A DNA stretch of 63,873 nt, the filler included, from Rhabdomonas costata (lineage: Eukaryota), in the NCBI GenBank assembly GCA_019059605.1. It is 58 parts of 58 records of this genome, joined end to end, with 100 filler letters (N's around TTAATTAATTAA, not from the genome) between each part and the next. Parts side by side here need not be neighbours in the genome. Positions count along the whole stretch, not along the records: positions 1 to 1,003 come from JAHMHO010034239.1; positions 1,104 to 2,106 come from JAHMHO010034240.1; positions 2,207 to 3,209 come from JAHMHO010034241.1; positions 3,310 to 4,313 come from JAHMHO010034242.1; positions 4,414 to 5,416 come from JAHMHO010034243.1; positions 5,517 to 6,518 come from JAHMHO010034244.1; positions 6,619 to 7,621 come from JAHMHO010034245.1; positions 7,722 to 8,724 come from JAHMHO010034246.1; 50 more parts are not named here. The stretch is one strand, 5' to 3'. The notes beneath the pieces are model-generated. The model was not told the DNA's origin. It searched no databases and saw only the letters and a list, made by a program, of their open reading frames with translations. Position numbers and translations under genes: made by a program. Shown in pieces: positions 1-10,433 of this stretch. Within the stretch, counting starts at the first letter, position 1. Every line of letters begins with the position of its first letter.

Positions 1-55
1 TGCGCGCACGCGCTTCGGCATTCTCTCACATATGGTGATGCTTCGGTTTGCTCAG

Positions 56-571
56 GTCTGGGACCGTTCTGTGAACCTCTCCGCCAAGGCGCTGCTCCAG
101 CAGGGCTACGAGGTTGTGCTCTCCAATAACGACTACGTGTACCTGGACTGCGGCTCGTCTGGGTGGACCCACCCTGGGGGGTGCTGGTGCCAGCCATACC
201 ATGAATGGTACCACATCTACGGCTACATCAGGGATGTGCAGGGCGCGTGGGAGCTTTCCTCGGAAGAGCTGCGCCGGGTGGTGGGCTCGGAGACCCTTGC
301 TTGGTCAGAGACAATCGATGACACCAACCTCGCCCAGAAGCTGTGGCCGCGGTCCGCCGCGCTGGCAGAGGCCTTGTGGAGCCACGACGTAGCGGTGTCG
401 TGGTACGAGGCCGACCCTCGGTTGCAGCACTGGAGGCACGTAATGGTGCGGCGGGGGATCCCGGCAGAGCCCTTGCAGCCTCAGTGGTGCTCACAGCGGG
501 AGAATTACGTCTGCACTCACTCCGGCGGTGTTCCGGCTGAGTCGTCCCCAGAGCAGAGTGCTCTAGTTTAG
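56..571 (+). CDS. Beta-N-acetylhexosaminidase (GH20), terminal exon
   Basis: After acceptor CTCAG (51-55) the frame reads VW...YLDCG...WCQPYHEW...GSETLAWSE...LWPRSAALAEALWS...RGIPAEPLQPQWC, the typical eukaryotic GH20 C-terminus. Stop TAG at 569-571. Confidence 0.9.
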   Translation, partial: VWDRSVNLSAKALLQQGYEVVLSNNDYVYLDCGSSGWTHPGGCWCQPYHEWYHIYGYIRDVQGAWELSSEELRRVVGSETLAWSETIDDTNLAQKLWPRSAALAEALWSHDVAVSWYEADPRLQHWRHVMVRRGIPAEPLQPQWCSQRENYVCTHSGGVPAESSPEQSALV

Positions 572-1003
572 GGCGTGATTATGGTCAGGGGCTAACGTAC
601 TGGCAGCTGCGGGTTCCGCGCTTTCAACTTTTTGCGAGCGGAACGGGTTAGGGTGGATCGACGCACAGGCACAACCGTTTGCATTGCAGATGTGGGATGA
701 GGGACGGTCGTTTACAATTAGCAGTGCTTGAGCTGCGGAACTTTCCTTGGTAGTAGGAAATCTGCAGACCTTGTGCACCAGGACAACCGTTTACGATGGG
801 CCTCAAAAACATCACGGTTGTCAAAGGCAAAGAATGGCATCGCCGGTGTTGTTGCCCTTAAAAAAAAACCCCCGTGATCTCGGTTTGCAAAGCGGAACCA
901 CGCCCCCAAAACAACTCTCCCCTGGGTTTCCCCTACGCTGCATACTGAGGTAAGTTAAATCTCTGCAGCAGCAAAAAAGGAACTTGTGCTGTTCAGCATA
1001 TTT

Positions 1004-1103
1004 NNNNNNNNNNNNNNNNNNNNNNNNNNNNNNNNNNNNNNNNNNNNTTAATTAATTAANNNNNNNNNNNNNNNNNNNNNNNNNNNNNNNNNNNNNNNNN
1101 NNN
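1004..1103. other. Artificial contig spacer (44 N + TTAATTAATTAA + 44 N); first of ~57 copies recurring every ~1,103 nt
   Basis: Identical 100-nt block repeated at a near-fixed period. The palindromic 12-mer puts stops in all six frames, as expected of a pseudo-molecule linker. Confidence 0.99.
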
Positions 1104-1290
1104 CGCCAGGATCAGCTCCATGGTGGGGTGCTCGATGGTGGGGTAGAAGGCTTGCAGCCAGGCCCGGAAATCCTTCTCGTTGGCCTTGTGCACATTCTCA
1201 TCAAAGGCAGGCGGGGGCACCTCCGCAGTCTTGCCAGTGGCTGCTGGGTGGGTGGTGATACTCTCCTGCTTCAATGCTTTGCCTATCCGG
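1104..1290 (-). CDS. Hypothetical protein exon (partial)
   Basis: GC-rich open frame (…DENVHKANEKDFRAWLQAFYPTIEHPTMELILA) downstream of a polypyrimidine tract. No family recognised and the boundary is approximate. Confidence 0.4.
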
Positions 1291-4200
1291 TGGAAAGAAG
1301 AAATAAATATTTGTGGAGCAGAGAAAAACCAACAGAAAGCCATGCCCCAAACGGCAGAAACAAAACAAACGTGTGCATACCCGCAACACACTACGTGCAG
1401 AAGGCTTGCTTTGGTGGAGGTCTTTTCTGCTGCCTCCGCTTCAAATTCCCTCAAATTCCCTCCCGCTGCCCGGGGTACGGCTCACCCCTCTGCTGGTAGG
1501 CGGAGGTTCTTGGGAAACCGCAATGGCGCATTCCACCGTTCCACCATTTTACGGAGCTCCAACCCTCTGCGCCCGCCCAGTTTGCTATGCCACAATGGTA
1601 TCTCTCTGTGGTCACCGCAGATCTCATCAGGCGTTACCCCCCCCCCCCAACACAATGAAATGGCGCATCCCGTCTGGGATATTAATCAACTAGTACACTA
1701 ATCAAGGTAATCGGTAATCGACACTTTGTGGATTTGGGGGTTATCGACAGTCGACGCCTTTGAAGTCACAATAATCAGTAATGGAGCGTGATGATCGAAT
1801 AATCAAAATTTTCGGTCGCGTGTTTATTTAGTATCTGAAATGCGAAAATTGGTGAACGAGCCCTCATTTCGGAAAAAGCCTCCTTCCATGGCAAAATTAC
1901 GGTAATCGGGAATCAACGCAACCCAGAACACAAGTACTCGCATAGCGTGGGTAAACTGTCGGGCAGTAATCGATAGTAAGACCAATCCTAATCCCGTCAA
2001 ACACACACACACACACACAACACAGTGTCCCGAGAAGTATGGAGGAAGCACAACATACAAACGGTACCTCACCAGCAGCTTGAACCGGAGAAAGCCAAAG
2101 CAAATGNNNNNNNNNNNNNNNNNNNNNNNNNNNNNNNNNNNNNNNNNNNNTTAATTAATTAANNNNNNNNNNNNNNNNNNNNNNNNNNNNNNNNNNNNNN
2201 NNNNNNATTTGTTGATTTCTTCCTCTGTACTACCTTCTTGTAAAGAGCCAAGACGTCACATAAGTTCACATGGGTTCCCCACATAAGCGCCAGCACCCCC
2301 CCTCCCCGTGTAGTGTGAAATCGCAGTATTAGTGAAAAGGGCATGGATTACATGGATGAAAGAATCAAGAACGACAAACGATGAAACATACTGACAGGCA
2401 CCGTGTATAGTTCTGAATTGAAATATGAGATCAATGTGTAAAAGCAACTCGGAAGGTTTGATCCTTCAAAGAGACTAGAAAGCGATCGTAAATCGAGTCT
2501 AGAGCATGGTTCAAGAATAAGCGGAAAACTTTTTTTTAAGCATTGCGGGCACAGGCACAGGAGTTCGTGAATAGGCCGGGTTGCAACACCAGAAAAACAA
2601 GCAATTTACAAGAAGGAACACGAGAGAGATCAGGGGAAAATTAATTAACACAAAAGAAAAAAAAGGCTATAAAACACAAAATACAGGGAAACAAAAACTG
2701 AAACAGGAGAGGGAAGGTGAAAAATGGGAATGGTGGTGGAGCAGGCTAATTGTCCTCCTGTAGTTGTTTGCTTGCTCTGGTGTGGGACCATTGCATTTTG
2801 CTGAACCTTGCTGCGACTGCAATCGCTACCCTTCACATATGGAAAAAGAAAACAGAGCTTGGGTGAAGGACAGCTTCCCTTCAAAGGAAGTCTCCACCAG
2901 CCTGTACTTGTGCGAACGCGGGGGGTGGGGTCAGGGCTCTCCATTTACCGCCGTGGAAACTACTTCGCCCATTAACGACTTCCTGTTGGTGCGGCAGCAG
3001 TGCAATATAAAGCCTCCCCACAACCTGGCCCCAACTTCAGGTGTGGCCCCTGCTGAACAGCCTTTTGTATCTTTCTCAAGGTCATCAATCTGTGCTTTAG
3101 AGTGCCACTCATGTGTTACGTGAGGGTTTTGCTGGCGGACGGGTCGTTCGGGCGGTTGGTTGGGTGGTCTAAGGTCTCATTTTTGTCGCGGTGGACTACT
3201 CCGACATCCNNNNNNNNNNNNNNNNNNNNNNNNNNNNNNNNNNNNNNNNNNNNTTAATTAATTAANNNNNNNNNNNNNNNNNNNNNNNNNNNNNNNNNNN
3301 NNNNNNNNNGTGGTGGGTGTGTTTGGGTTGTTGGTCTTTTCATGTTGGCAAGTGTTGCCTCCATACCAAAACGAAAAGAATTATGTTTCTGTGAGCAAAA
3401 GTTTCAGTTAGTGTTGTGAAGTGCTGATTTTGAAGAACAACAATCCCGAAAAATGAAGCAGTTTGTCTGCAAATTCAATATTAAAATTATTTGGTTTCCT
3501 GTTATTCTCGGGGTTACAACATTTTTTGCTTCAGATTTCTGGTTATTCAAATAACGTGTCCATGACGATATTTGATTTCCGAGCCTCGAACCGATTGCGC
3601 TTATCTCCTCACCGTCACGTTCCTACACAACGTTTCAGAAAATGCTGACACCTGGATTCGGAAGAAGAATAGGGAATGGGGGGGGGCACGGCAAGGGCAA
3701 ACCTCCTCCACCACCGCCGCCGTCTTCCATGCTTTCCAGCTTCATCAGCAGGTTGCTGTGCAGGTCCTTCAAACTACGCACAGAAAAGCACACAGTCGTC
3801 GGCAGCTCTGGAAGTCAACGCTTCCATCCACCCATTGCAAAATTTCTCGACCAAAAAATCCTCCAATCGGCTCCACCATAAACTGAAACTTGCCAAAGCA
3901 GTTAGAGCGCACGTTCTATGGCTGAGCGGTATAAAATCAGGGCAGTCACTTTGTCACCTGATGTTTGGGGTTGAAGTAGCACGCTGTGCACCAGAAACAC
4001 AACTTTGCCACCTTCAAAAAAGCCGGTTCTTTACGCCGAAACTTCGCCTTTGCACTGTGTACCTGCACTGTGTAAAGTCTGAATGGACTGAAGTTAGCGC
4101 CAGTCTCTTGCTGCTTTTCCCTGCCCTTTCAGCCCTCATTCGAATTTTCTGTGGTGCACCTCACCTCCCTTCCACCCAACCGCCCTTCTTTTTGTCTCAT

Positions 4201-4619
4201 CTCCCGTCAAAAATGACTGACCCTGAGCAGCCCACCGCGAAGGCGCGAGCCGTTGACGGCTCCAACTCGGAGTCTCCCCCCGCGTGGGCGCATCAGCTCT
4301 TCGCCCAGATGACNNNNNNNNNNNNNNNNNNNNNNNNNNNNNNNNNNNNNNNNNNNNTTAATTAATTAANNNNNNNNNNNNNNNNNNNNNNNNNNNNNNN
4401 NNNNNNNNNNNNNGGGGGGGGGGTGCAATGGCAGTTCAATGGACCTAATGTGTTGCACTGGAAGGAAAACGGAGCAAATCTCGGCACAAAAAAATCCACG
4501 TGAGCGGGGTCGTACGGAAAGCATCATGGGATGGCTCACTATTAAGCAGGGTTCGCTACAAGAAGCCGGATAGCAGCAGAGCAAAGGGTGGGCCGCCCAA
4601 GGTGCCCCCTCCCTCCCAC

Positions 4620-4888
4620 CTTGATGTCTCGGTGAGCCACGGGTGGGGAAAGTCCGTGGAGGTGGGCGACCGCCGCGGCGATGTCCGTGAATACGGCGAG
4701 GGCTTCGGCCTCCTTGAAGGGCTTCCCGGAGATCTGCGCGGCCTTCATTACGGAGAGCAGGGAGACCTCCAGGTACTCCATCACCAGCACTACTGTGTGC
4801 CGCTCTCGCCCGCTGGAGGCGACCTGCACAGCGGAGGCAGCAGCGCGAGGGCCAGTGCGCGGCATTTGGTGCACAAAAAGCTCAACTA
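4620..4888 (-). CDS. Ser/Thr protein kinase exon, NAK (Numb-associated kinase)-like
   Basis: VLVMEYL…LAVFTDIAAAVAHLHGLSPPVAHRDIK, with acceptor TGCAG and donor GTGGGA. A phase-compatible 65-nt intron (4889-4953) may link an upstream exon. Confidence 0.8.
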
Positions 4889-6078
4889 CTGCAATCACCG
4901 CGGATGTCGAATTCGCCAATTTATCATTCGACACAGAAGCCATCCAAAGACACCTTCGTGGAGTGGCCCTGACCTCATCGCTCCGAATTCAGTTCCAATG
5001 GGCCCGAAAACGGAGACCTAACCAAACCTCTCCGACGTAGCCCGCCCAAATCCTATCCCCCTGCACATCCGTACATTCTTTATAGGTCAATTTTCCAGAG
5101 GTCAAAAGCGGGGGTTGGGTGAGTGAAAATAATCAGGAAAAGCGGCAACCACAAAAGCCTCGGAGGTGAGAACAACCCACACCCAGCCACATACGGCAAT
5201 GGCGCAAGGAAAGGAAGCGAGATGACTCCCAGCAAGACACCAAATAAACACACAAAAAAAGCGATTTGTCAACGGAAACGGAGAGCGCAGGGGTGCATCT
5301 ATAAGTCTATGGGGCGCATCTAAGGGGACAGCTCCCCCACCTGGTGATCCACGTACTGGACCACATTGGGGTGGCCCTGGCACAACCACAGCACCTCGAT
5401 CTCCCGACACAAACAANNNNNNNNNNNNNNNNNNNNNNNNNNNNNNNNNNNNNNNNNNNNTTAATTAATTAANNNNNNNNNNNNNNNNNNNNNNNNNNNN
5501 NNNNNNNNNNNNNNNNTTGTGTTGAAATGCACCAGTGCCAAAAGTGAATATACATAGTTGCTGCGACCCGCGCCCCCCGCCCTGCCCAGGGACCGTTTAT
5601 CCATGCATTTCCACTTTTGGCACTGGTGCATTTCAACCCGACTGGGAACGCAACGCTAGAACGACAGTTGTTTTGCGCCACAAAACTCACTAGTTGCACT
5701 ATAGAACTAGTCGCATCATGACCCGTGCTTGTCCACAGTGGCTGTTTAAGGAACTGGGGGCAACTGATTCGGCGTTACACGGAAAGCACATCAGGACAAT
5801 CGTCTGCACCTAGTTCTAAAAAGAAAAACCACTGGGATGCTCAATACAATTATGCAACTTGATTTGCGCGCTTTATTTCCATAAAAAGCAACTTCACCAA
5901 AGCGAGATGAACGAGAGAAAGGGAAGCAGAGTGCAAACACAAGCAGAGAGGCCATACACGAAAAAGCATGCAGGCAAACGACACTTCGAAGGGAAATACC
6001 ACCAACAATCTTGTCTGTCCTTCCACATTCCACCACGCGCCACCCACACCCAGCGCCACCCTCAGCGCTGACTTTGCC

Positions 6079-6289
6079 TCACTTGGCCTTGGCCCCTTTG
6101 CCCTTCTTGGCCCCTTTGCCACCCTTATCCGCGGCCTCCGCTGCGGCCGCGGCCGGGGCGTGGTTGGAGGTGGAGATGGACTTGCGGCTGCTCACGGGCG
6201 CCGCCGAGGCGTCGCCACCCCCTCCGGAGAGGCTCTTCTCCAGCGAACGCAGCTTGAGCTCCCACTGCACGAGTTTCTCAGCCTCCCAC
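6079..6289 (-). CDS. Hypothetical protein, terminal exon with low-complexity K/G/A tail
   Basis: Acceptor CGCAG, then WEAEKLVQWELKLRSLEKSL…KGGKGAKKGKGAKAK*, with strong GC3 bias. Confidence 0.5.
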
Positions 6290-6718
6290 CTGCGCGGGCA
6301 TTCAGTGCGGTTCCTCTGCGGTTCCTCCTATTCGCGACAACGGTGCAATGACATCACGTTTCACCAGAAGAGCTCTGAGGGTATTTTTGCTAATGCAACC
6401 AGCCTTCTGCTTGCTTCAACCTGCGTTAAACTAATTTAACACTAATCCCACCCATCAACTGCTTCCGCCCCCATTGTTTTTGGTATGTAAAGATCAGCAA
6501 AGACCCATAACCCACATTNNNNNNNNNNNNNNNNNNNNNNNNNNNNNNNNNNNNNNNNNNNNTTAATTAATTAANNNNNNNNNNNNNNNNNNNNNNNNNN
6601 NNNNNNNNNNNNNNNNNNTTTTTTTAAAGCATATCGATGGCAGCCATTGCCAATGGAAACCGTCACCGCTAGTGCCGCCTACCAAGCCAAAGGCGGCGAA
6701 GGATGGGGGGGCAACCAC

Positions 6719-6854
6719 TTCAGGATCCAGCGGATGTTTCGGTCAAAGACCTCCGCAAGGAAGGGCTGCCGGAACTCCGCCCACGGGAAGCCCAGGGCCA
6801 GCCGCAGGAAGGCCAACTCTCCCATCTTCGGAAACCGGTCCTTCGTGCGGTTCT
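6719..6854 (-). CDS. Conserved hypothetical exon (not in ORF track)
   Basis: CCCCAG|…NRTKDRFPKMGELAFLRLALGFPWAEFRQPFLAEVFDRNIRWIL|GTGG. It resembles, from memory, the 'P-LG-LL…E…RNV-W-L' region of some fungal/protist UBC-associated proteins. Confidence 0.45.
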
Positions 6855-7989
6855 CTGGGGGCGACTGTGAGCGAGTCAGTGTGTTGTGAGAGAGAGGGTA
6901 TGTGTGTGTCGAGCATAAACGCTAGCTGAGGTGGTAAAGTGTCTCGCTCTTTGGTGATCCCCTGACTTCTGTGCTGATGTGCTGCCTGGGGTTTGCTGGC
7001 CGGTGTGGCACATACGCTCATTGACAGGCTTTGGGTGCTCACCTCCAGAGCCTTCAATCACAGTGGTGCCACGGGTTCGTGAGTCCCTGGATAACGTAGG
7101 GCCTATTACCTTGATATACTGGGGCTTACTTTGGCTTGATTGCCGCTCCCTCTGCGCTTATGGGTTAAGTGAATCTGAATTCCTCTTCTTTTCGCTCTGG
7201 AGAATCTTCCCGCAGCATTGTATCTAACCACCTCTGCCGGCCTCCGGAACTGTGCATCAGATTCAGAGCCCCACCTTGAGGCAGTGACAGTAGAGGTGGG
7301 GTTTTGTTGAAAATTGGGGGACCTGTATGCTAGTATTTTCTGCATGTGTGCGTGTGCGGGCCGGGGATAGAAAACGTGCCCCCTTGCTCTGATACTCTCG
7401 CCTTGCGTGCAAGCTTGATTTGGACAGTAGACACTAGCAAAGAGCCGCTTGCTTCGGCTCACATGTTCACCCTGTTCTGATGGACTCCCAACGTGAGCCG
7501 GCTGAGAGCGATGCTCGCACTGAAGCCGGTGTCGAAGTGAGAGCGGAAGCCCGCCAAGGGGATCAGAACTTATGCAATGCAACGGCCCGTTGGGTCGCAT
7601 ACTTCCTTGGAACCAGCAAAANNNNNNNNNNNNNNNNNNNNNNNNNNNNNNNNNNNNNNNNNNNNTTAATTAATTAANNNNNNNNNNNNNNNNNNNNNNN
7701 NNNNNNNNNNNNNNNNNNNNNTGGTGTGATGAAAACTTTAATTGCTGTCACCACGAAATTTCGAAATTTCGTGGTGACAGCAATTAAAGTTTTCATCGCA
7801 CCACCTTAAAATTTTCCAATGGTGAAAAAATGTTATCGCGGCTTTAAATTTTTCGCGCCGCTGAAAATTTCATACGTTTTTTTATAAATTTTTTTTTGAT
7901 TTTATTGCGTCACTATTTTATAGCGTTGCTGTAAAAAAAGGAAAATAACGACTCATTCATTGGCTTACGTTTTATTTTTTGTCTCGCAG

Positions 7990-8232
7990 ACGGCGTTCGA
8001 AGATGCGGTGCGCTGGGCAGCGGAGTCTCCTTCCCTCAATTTCTCCCGCATGAACTTCTCGCTTTCTGTGTTTGAGCTCACCATACGCGTGCTTGGGGGT
8101 TTGCTGTCTGGGCATCATTTTGCGGAGCAATTACTGCCAAATTATAACGGTGGGTTGCTTCGCCGTGCCGTGGAGCTTGCGGAAGTCTTGCTGATTGCCT
8201 TTGACACTCCCACGGGACTGCCCTTTCATGAG
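7990..8232 (+). CDS. GH47 alpha-1,2-mannosidase / EDEM-like exon
   Basis: SVFELTIRVLGGLLSGH…LLRRAVELAEVLLIAFDTPTGLPF. Bounded by GCAG and GT, 243 nt, phase 0. Confidence 0.9.
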
Positions 8233-9544
8233 GTCCTACACGTTCTTTTTCAGTTTCCTGTCAGCGCCGACAAATGTCCAAATTCCAGAAGAAGTGTTCC
8301 GGCAGCAGCAGGGCACGTCGTACGAGTGGAAGGGTTCAGCCCCAGCACCGGATTCACCTGTTTGTTTTGTTTGTTTGTTGGAACCAAAAAAAAGCATCGA
8401 AAGGTCCTGGCACAGGTTGGAGACTGCTATTTCGAGATGCACTGGAGCCCACTCGATCCCACTCCTGATGGAGTATGTATGCAGCTTTGTCAGGCCTGGA
8501 GGTGCTGGTTGGTGCCTTTGCCCTGCGTAAGTTCAGAAATGACACAGGGTGAAAAGAACAAATTAACCATCAACCATCCAAAAGACAGCTCAAGTCATTT
8601 GTTCCGTTCTGCTGCGTCCCGTGTCCCCCCCCCCAAACAAAAACAATTATTTGGAAGGGACTCCTAAAAGGAGACGTAATGCTACAAGACCTCCCAAACC
8701 AGCAAACAGAAAAGGAACGTGTAGNNNNNNNNNNNNNNNNNNNNNNNNNNNNNNNNNNNNNNNNNNNNTTAATTAATTAANNNNNNNNNNNNNNNNNNNN
8801 NNNNNNNNNNNNNNNNNNNNNNNNGGCGCGGACGGAGGGCCGCTCAGGCCCTTCGAGCGGTGGCGGAGGGGTGGGTTGACGCCCAGGATCTCGCCCCAGG
8901 GGGCCGCAGGGCGCTGAGGGCGGAGCAGAGTGGGCGAGCCTGGGAGGATGAGGACTGGTCTGAGGAGGAACCCGGGGCCCCCGCCAAGGTTCGCCCATTA
9001 AACCCAGGAGGACTCGGTTCGTTCGGTTGGCAGGGGCCCTTTTTGTTGCCTCGTAGGTGGTAATTTGATTGCTTTCCTCGCGTTTCAGCCATTCGCTCGT
9101 CCTCGTGACTTTCTTTTTTCGGCCATGTTTTTGGCTTCCTCTCCTTCCTGAAAGGTTTTTGGGCTAGTAAACATTTTACATCGTTGTCTTTTGATTTCTC
9201 GCAGGCAATAAGGGAGAAAAGCTCGAAAGTTCGTCCCCACATAACAAGTAATGCCGGGGCTGCCATGAACAACTAGTATCCACAACGCACCAGCACCACA
9301 CCAGCATAGCACATGGAGTTTCACACGTGCTGCTGAGCTTACTAGTTGGTTACGAGAGGTTTCTCAGTCAAGGAAAAGATCAAGGAAAAGTTTTTGAATT
9401 CAATAGCGCCCGTTTATAATATTTTTCGACGTGGCAAACACCAGCTTGAGTTTAGCAGAAATGACTTCGTCGCCCCCATTAAGGTGATGGAGGCACCTAA
9501 CGATTCATGTGTCTGCGGTGATAGTCTGGACTAAAACCGGTCAG

Positions 9545-9827
9545 GCCTACCTGGGCGTCCGGTTGTTGCAAGTTGAAGATAAAGAGGGTGGGGTGGGGGC
9601 GGGGCAGCGGAAACCTGGACCTTTGGAGCACTCGGGACAGGACGAGGCGCCGACGGAGCTGCAGCAGCAGGAGGAAGAGGAAGAGGGTGAGTTTGACACC
9701 CTGCACGTGCTCCCCCTGTTTGCGATGCTGGAGCCTGGGCTGCAGGCTCGGGTGTTCCAGCCTCCGCCCCCCGGGAAAAGGCTGTGCGTGGTCGCCACCA
9801 ACGTCGCGGAGACCTCCACCACCAACC
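9545..9827 (+). CDS. DHX37: DEAH-box RNA helicase, DHX37/Dhr1-like exon (partial; probable upstream exon 8825-8987)
   Basis: An acidic insert is followed by [39 protein letters not shown], characteristic of Dhr1/DHX37 RecA2. Confidence 0.8.
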
Positions 9828-10039
9828 NNNNNNNNNNNNNNNNNNNNNNNNNNNNNNNNNNNNNNNNNNNNTTAATTAATTAANNNNNNNNNNNNNNNNN
9901 NNNNNNNNNNNNNNNNNNNNNNNNNNNTTGCGGTGCCCCCACTGCGGCGGCCAACTTTCCGGGGTGCATCAGATGTTGCGTCAGCCTCTGCCGAAGGCCG
10001 AGATTTAGACACCTTTCCCACAGCTTTAAGGGGGACCAA

Positions 10040-10433
10040 ATAGGATTGAAAATCCAGACGTTGTCCCGTTGGTTTTGGCAATATCGGCGTATGTCTTCCC
10101 AGCATGGGTTCCAATATACAGAACCTGCGGCCCCACGCTTCGAGATCAGGTTGTTTGGTGGACGGCATTAAGGAGGCATCTGCGGATGAACCTGAACCGT
10201 GAACTGAGCAGGACGTGCTTGATATGTGTCCTTGGAGCCAGGATGCATCACAGGGGCTGGAGGCCTGAGAGGAGGGTAAGACGAACAGCCCTAACATAAT
10301 TCTGCAGGTCCTGAAGTGCTGGGCGGGGTTCAACTTGTTTCATAGTCCAGCTTACGTATGCTTTCTCGTGGGCCATCACCCAGGAGTATTTTTTCCTTTG
10401 TACTGCCCGAAGGGGAGAACTTTTCTCCCCATT
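10040..10433 (-). pseudogene. Frame-disrupted ORF with two tandem 'G..VL.FG.(Y/H).G..Y' motifs
   Basis: Copy 1 reads GRKVLPFGQYKG(fs)YSWVMAHEKAYVSW…LQDLQNYV. Copy 2 reads GPQVLYIGTHAGKTYADI…(fs)LDFQSYL. Confidence 0.5.

Noticed and set aside
4213..4313. ORF start MTDPEQP…PPAWAHQLFAQM as a retroelement ORF1
   Set aside because: Only ~33 codons precede the gap, with no diagnostic domain.
7722..7804. Near-perfect palindrome at a contig start
   Set aside because: It is a terminal fold-back whose only mismatch lies in the primer-derived end, typical of an amplification chimera.
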